Shown: positions 59,640 through 64,000 of the stretch, piece after piece
How positions within the stretch are numbered: position 1 is the first letter of the stretch
Layout of the letters: each line of letters starts with the position of its first letter
Assembly: GCA_963813535.1 (NCBI GenBank)
Contig: CAWEZH010000002.1
Span: forward strand, 1,056,001 to 1,120,000
Length of the DNA: 64,000 nt
DNA from: an uncultured Chloroflexia bacterium
Lineage (GTDB): Bacteria; Chloroflexota; Limnocylindria; Limnocylindrales; CSP1-4
Direction: 5' to 3'
Program-made: the position numbers and the translations under genes
The notes under the pieces: model-generated
The model's input: the letters and a program-made list of their open reading frames with translations, nothing else
What the model was told of the DNA's origin: nothing
The model's database searches: none

Positions 59640-60320
59640 TCAGCCGCCCCGGGCGATCCGTCGCGCCTTGACCGTGACGCGCAGGAACTCCCGGAAGTGG
59701 CGCCACGGCTCGACGTGGCTCGGCTCGCCCGCATAGATCGTCCGGATCGGCACCCACTCGATCGGCAGCCCGAGCGCGATGCAGCGGGCGATCATCTCGA
59801 CCTCGAACTCGAAGCCCGACTCGTCGCTGTCGAGCATCGCCCGCATCAGGACCCGACCGATGAGCCGATAGCCCGATTGGTTGTCGGGCACGTTGCGGCC
59901 GAGCGCCGCCGACAACGTCAGCCCGCCGGCCACGTTGGACAGGCGCCGGATGGCCGGCATCTGGTCGAAGTCGCGCCGGCCGATGACGAGCTCCGGCCGT
60001 CGGGCGCGGAACGCGTCGAGGAAGAGGGGGATCTCAGCGGGATCGTGTTGGCCGTCGGCGTCGAGCGTGATCGCCGCGGCGACGCCTCGATCGAGCGCAT
60101 ACCGGAACCCCATCCGCAGCGCTGCGCCCTTGCCGGCATTCGGGATCTGGCGCAGCACCGTCGCGCCGGCCGCCTCGGCGCGTTGCGCGGTGTCGTCACG
60201 CGAGCCGTCATCGATGACCACGACCGGCAGAAGCAGCCTGGCCGCCTCGACCACCGAACCGATGCGCGGCCCCTCCTGGTACGCCGGGATCAGCGCGATG
60301 AGCTCGTCGGGAGCATTCAC
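59640..60320 (-). CDS. GT2 glycosyltransferase (polyprenol-phosphate hexosyltransferase-like)
   Basis: IPAYQEG, IDDGSRD, NAGKGAAL, DADGQH, DNQSGYR. Confidence 0.92.
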   Translation of the reverse strand: MNAPDELIALIPAYQEGPRIGSVVEAARLLLPVVVIDDGSRDDTAQRAEAAGATVLRQIPNAGKGAALRMGFRYALDRGVAAAITLDADGQHDPAEIPLFLDAFRARRPELVIGRRDFDQMPAIRRLSNVAGGLTLSAALGRNVPDNQSGYRLIGRVLMRAMLDSDESGFEFEVEMIARCIALGLPIEWVPIRTIYAGEPSHVEPWRHFREFLRVTVKARRIARGG

Positions 60321-60438
60321 CGGTGCAGTATCGCAACACGGGGGCGCGATTCTCATGACGCCCTCATGGAACGACGACGAACATGCGCATACGTCGCACA
60401 GCACTCCGGCTTGCGCGCGGACACAGCGGGAGACATCC

Positions 60439-61476
60439 ATGACAGCGAACGCCCCCGATCCGGTCGATACGGCCGTGTTCAGCGGCTCGACCGGCGCCCC
60501 GAGTCGTCGGCGGATCGGCCTGGTCCTCGGCGGCGCCGCGCTCCTCGCGGTCGCGGCGGTCACCACCTCCCTGGCGGCAAGCTCGGCATCGAACCCGGCG
60601 TCGACCGGCTCGGCACCGGGACTCGTCGGCGCCGGCATCACCGGAGACGACGACGCAGCTGAGCTGGGCCGTGGCGGACGAGCGGGCTTCCGCGAGATCA
60701 CCATCGCATCGATCAGCGGCAACGACGTCTCGCTCGTGACCGATGATGGCTGGCGCCGGACCGTCACCGTGACGAGCACGGTCAAACTGACCAAGGGCGG
60801 CCAGGACATCACGGTCTCCGACCTCAAGGTCGGCGATCAGGTCCGCCTGCGCCAGACACGCAACGATGACGGCAGCTACACGGTCACGGCACTCGCCGTG
60901 GTGATCCCGACGATCAACGGCCGCGCCAGCGCCATCACCGCGAGCGGGTTCAAGGTCACCACGCGCGACGGGTCGGTCTGGACGGTCACCGTGAACGGCT
61001 CGACCACGTACAACTTCGGCCAGGGCACGGGCAGCCTCGCCGACGTCAAGGACGGCGAAGGTGTCCATGTCGCCGGCACGGTCACGGCCGACAACACGAT
61101 GACGGCGACGAACGTGCGCGTCGGTGCCGACCGCGCAGTGGGCAAGGTCACGGCCAAGACCGCGAACACGATCACGATCGAGCGCCGGAACGGCTCGAGC
61201 CTGACCATCCACGTCGACGCCGACACGACCTATCGGGTCGCCGGTGTCGAGACGGCCGATCTGGGTGACGTGGCCGTCGACATGGCGATCGGTGTCACCG
61301 GCCGGACGCGGGCCGACGGTTCGCTCGACGCGGACGTCGTCGCCGCCGGCAAGCTCCGTGGCTTCGGCCGCGGCGGACTTGACGGTCAGAAGGGCGCCGG
61401 CGGTTTCGGACCCGGCGCTATCCCGCCCGAAGCACAGCCGGCCATCGACTTCGGCCTCGAGATCCCGACCGCGTAG
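60439..61476 (+). CDS. Exported protein with repeated DUF5666-like OB domains
   Basis: RRR plus TM helix; three repeats of T.T....SDLKVGD.V / ADVKDGE.V / GDVAVDM.I. Confidence 0.8.
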   Translation: MTANAPDPVDTAVFSGSTGAPSRRRIGLVLGGAALLAVAAVTTSLAASSASNPASTGSAPGLVGAGITGDDDAAELGRGGRAGFREITIASISGNDVSLVTDDGWRRTVTVTSTVKLTKGGQDITVSDLKVGDQVRLRQTRNDDGSYTVTALAVVIPTINGRASAITASGFKVTTRDGSVWTVTVNGSTTYNFGQGTGSLADVKDGEGVHVAGTVTADNTMTATNVRVGADRAVGKVTAKTANTITIERRNGSSLTIHVDADTTYRVAGVETADLGDVAVDMAIGVTGRTRADGSLDADVVAAGKLRGFGRGGLDGQKGAGGFGPGAIPPEAQPAIDFGLEIPTA

Positions 61477-61498
61477 TACGTCCTCGGCGACTTCCAGC

Positions 61499-61541
61499 CA
61501 GGACCCTCGGCTTTGGGGAGCCGGGGGTCCTGTCGCTTCTT
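61499..61541 (+). terminator. Intrinsic terminator
   Basis: CAGGACCCTCGGCT..AGCCGGGGGTCCTG followed by TCGCTTCTT. Confidence 0.75.
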
Positions 61542-61606
61542 ATCCCATCCGCCGCAGTACGAACGACGGGCTGGTGCGTGACGCGTGGCGGCGTAGCGTT
61601 CCGGCC

Positions 61607-61801
61607 ATGGAACTTGTCGTGCCCATCGTCTCCGCGCTGGTCGGCGTGAGCGCCGCGTTCTTCCTCACGGTCGGGCTCTACGACGTGGTGCCCGCGGCGT
61701 GGACGCAGGTGCTCCGCGGTCGCGGCCGCACGGCGTCCGCGCTCGCGAATGCTCGCTATCCGTTGATGCCCCGGACGATCCGCCAGACGCCGCTCGACTG
61801 A
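61607..61801 (+). CDS. Small membrane protein
   Basis: MELVVPIVSALVGVSAAFFLTVGLY; TAGCGT box 7 nt before the ATG. Confidence 0.6.
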   Translation: MELVVPIVSALVGVSAAFFLTVGLYDVVPAAWTQVLRGRGRTASALANARYPLMPRTIRQTPLD

Positions 61802-61837
61802 AGTCCGGCGGCGATCCCGGATCAAGCTCGAGGGATC

Positions 61838-61913
61838 TGGCGTCCCCGGCAGGATTCGAACCTGCGACCTTGCGCTTAGAAGGCGCCTGCTCTGTCCACT
61901 GAGCTACGGGGAC
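61838..61913 (-). tRNA. tRNA-Arg(UCU)
   Basis: GTCCCCG acceptor stem, TAGCTCAGTGGACAGAGC D-arm, anticodon loop CT-TCT-AA, GGTTCGAATCC T-arm, encoded CCA; 76 nt. Confidence 0.97.
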
Positions 61914-62062
61914 GCTGCCAGCGCCTCAGTATGGCGCGGGCTACGACCGACAGCAGGCGGCGATCATCCAGGGGCTCGTACTCAATGACCTGTGGGCGCT
62001 CGACCCGGAACAACGGGTCGGGCGCTACATGCGCCTCCGAGCCGGCCCGATAATCTTGCGGA

Positions 62063-63043
62063 ATGGTCGCCGATCGCGCTGAGGGCCAGTTCTATCCTCC
62101 GATCGAACCGTACGAGTCCGGCATGCTCGACGTCGGGGACGGCCAGTCGATCCACTGGGAGGTTTCCGGTCATCCGACAGGCAAGGCGGCGGTCGTCCTC
62201 CACGGCGGGCCGGGAAGCGCGAGCAGCCCGGGCCGCCGTCAGTGGTTCGATCCGCAGCGGTACCGCATCGTCCAGTTCGACCAGCGTGGCTGTGGGCGGA
62301 GCACGCCGCATGCCGCCGATGCGACCACGTCTCTGTCGAGCAACACGACCCATCACCTGCTCGCCGACATCGAGCGGCTGCGTGAGCACCTCGGGGTCGC
62401 ACGGTGGCTCGTCGCGGGCTGGTCGTGGGGTGTGACCCTGGGTCTCGCCTACGCCGAGCGATACCCGCAACACGTGAGCGAGATGGTCCTCGGGTCGATC
62501 GTGATGACCAACCGTGCCGACGTGCGCTGGTTCGCCACCGACGCTGGTCGATTCTTTCCGGAGCAGTGGGCAGCATTCAGAGCCGGCGTCCCGCCCGAGG
62601 ATCGGGAGGGTGACCTGGTCGCCGCGTACGACCGACTCCTGAACGGGCCATTCGACCCGGCCGTCCGGCTCCAGGCCGCTCGAGACTGGGTCGCCTGGGA
62701 AGATGCGGTCCTCTCACTCGACGACGGCTATGTCGTGCCGAACCCTCGCTACGCGGACGAACGGTTCACGATCGCCTTCGCCCGCCTCGTCACCCACTAC
62801 TTCTCGCACGCGGCGTGGCTCGAGGAGGACGAGCTCCTCCGCAACGCCCCGCGACTGGTCGGCATCCCGGCCGTCCTGATCCACGGCCGTTTGGACATCG
62901 CCGGGCCACCGGATATCGCCTGGCATCTCGCGCATGCGTGGCCGGACGCGGAGCTGCATCTCATCGCCAGTGGCCACACCGGCAGCGCCGACGCCGACCG
63001 CATCATCCGCGAGTCGACCGACCGGTTCGCGGCGAAACCGTGA
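62063..63043 (+). CDS. pip: Proline iminopeptidase
   Basis: LHGGPG, FDQRGCGRSTP, NTTHHLLADIERLR, GWSWG, IHGRLD. Confidence 0.93.
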   Translation: MVADRAEGQFYPPIEPYESGMLDVGDGQSIHWEVSGHPTGKAAVVLHGGPGSASSPGRRQWFDPQRYRIVQFDQRGCGRSTPHAADATTSLSSNTTHHLLADIERLREHLGVARWLVAGWSWGVTLGLAYAERYPQHVSEMVLGSIVMTNRADVRWFATDAGRFFPEQWAAFRAGVPPEDREGDLVAAYDRLLNGPFDPAVRLQAARDWVAWEDAVLSLDDGYVVPNPRYADERFTIAFARLVTHYFSHAAWLEEDELLRNAPRLVGIPAVLIHGRLDIAGPPDIAWHLAHAWPDAELHLIASGHTGSADADRIIRESTDRFAAKP

Positions 63044-63520
63044 CAGACCGTCACGGCTTGCCGGGACGAGCCCGGAGGAAGTTGTCATCCTGCGCGGAGT
63101 TGTCGAGTCGGCCGACGGCAACGAGATCCGGCTTCGGCCTCATCTGGGAAGTCCCCAGTCACTTGCGATACCCACGACAGACGTGCTCTATGAAGAGCAG
63201 GACCCCAAGCATCATGTCGCGATGGTGATGGTGCGCGGGACTGCACCCCTGAAGGTGTCCTGTCGATAAGGGCGGATCGGTTGCTGCGTCCGGCACGGCC
63301 GTCACGGTGGTCGGAGGCCGAGATCGAGGCTTGTGAGAAGCAAGCCCGCGAGAACGCCATCCAATACTGCATGTACTGGTACAGGGTGTCACGGGAGACT
63401 GCAGAGCACGTCGCGGACGATTGGGCCGACTACTACGCCCGCGTGTGCCGCTTCGGCTTTACCCCCGATTCCAATCCGTACGGGAACCAATGGCCCGGGT
63501 TTGCCCAGGGTTGGGGCTAG
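63040..63520 (+). CDS. Lower-GC orphan gene, apparently one ORF broken by two indels
   Basis: GTGA coupling to pip; VTDRHGLPG, then EEVVILRGVVES..PLKVS, then SIRADRLLRP..GFAQGWG; visibly more A/T at codon third positions. Confidence 0.45.
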
Positions 63521-63709
63521 CGAAAGGTGGGCGACAGTGAGGCCATTTCCGAACCGACCCACATGCCATGCCGATAAGGTTGGCGTAAGCGCCGCTAGCT
63601 AGCCTGTCGGTACCCCGGCTCCGCGTCCGGGACCTTCGATCCCGCTTCGCGGCCAGACGAGCCCGGAGCGATCGGGGTGTCAGGAGGACGCGAGTAGGAT
63701 GGGGGCGCG

Positions 63710-64000
63710 ATGCCCCGCCCCTCGACACCGGAAGACGCGATGCGCGGCTTCCTCTCGGGCGAGGACCCGGGTCTCGCCCGCTTTCGTCGCGTCATGCGGC
63801 GGCTGCCCGACGGACCCCACTGCAAACTCTGCGCGGCGCCCTTCGAGGGTCCCGGGGGCGCCGTGCTGCGTCACGTAGGGTTCGCCCGCTTCCCCGGGAA
63901 CCCGGACATCTGCGGCTGGTGCATCAAGGAGCTCAACAAGGGCGGGGTCTTGGGCGCCGAGATCCCGGTGAGCCTCCTGTTCGCCGACATCCGCGGCTCC
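63710..64000 (+). CDS. Class III adenylate/guanylate cyclase with N-terminal CxxC..CxxC domain (partial)
   Basis: Manual translation ..PHCKLCAAPFEG..NPDICGWC..EIPVSLLFADIRGS; absent from the ORF track because it runs off the edge. Confidence 0.88.
   Translation, partial: MPRPSTPEDAMRGFLSGEDPGLARFRRVMRRLPDGPHCKLCAAPFEGPGGAVLRHVGFARFPGNPDICGWCIKELNKGGVLGAEIPVSLLFADIRGS

Noticed and set aside
61838-63610. tRNA-Arg(UCU) as the attachment site of an island
   Set aside because: No integrase and no duplicated tRNA 3' end in the window; the lower-GC orphan lies on the 5' side of the tRNA, beyond pip.

Overview
High-GC bacterial chromosomal DNA with about 60 genes, one tRNA-Arg(UCU), no CRISPR array, no transposase or integrase and no prophage. 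Gene content and pervasive leaderless TANNNT promoters suggest a Chloroflexota (Limnocylindria-like) or actinobacterial genome; this is inference. Contents: a butyryl/isobutyryl-CoA cluster (thiolase, acyl-CoA dehydrogenase, hbd, MeaB, B12-binding subunit) whose distant mutase large subunit carries isobutyryl-CoA-mutase residues; two ABC-2 exporters; folE, alkA, galK, trxA and pip; a large secreted subtilase; a back-to-back pair of AAA-ATPase/LuxR regulators; an ECF sigma factor coupled to an Ogt-Ada(Zn) fusion; and a KdpDE-like system in front of two KimA-type K+ transporters. Many genes are broken by single-base indels, most densely at 52.8-58.6 kb, which look like assembly errors. Best leads: (1) an XRE-HTH/PD-(D/E)XK gene associated with a GTCAC-G-rich-GTGAC hairpin family, clustered at 34.5-34.7 kb; (2) a rod-like ncRNA candidate (6S-like) at 31.5-31.74 kb; (3) the ECF/Ogt-Ada alkylation module; (4) KdpE-type TTGAG-N6-TTGAG boxes before both kimA units; (5) PimM-like boxes before a small exported protein downstream of a STAND-LuxR gene. 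All calls were made by eye; no database searches were run.
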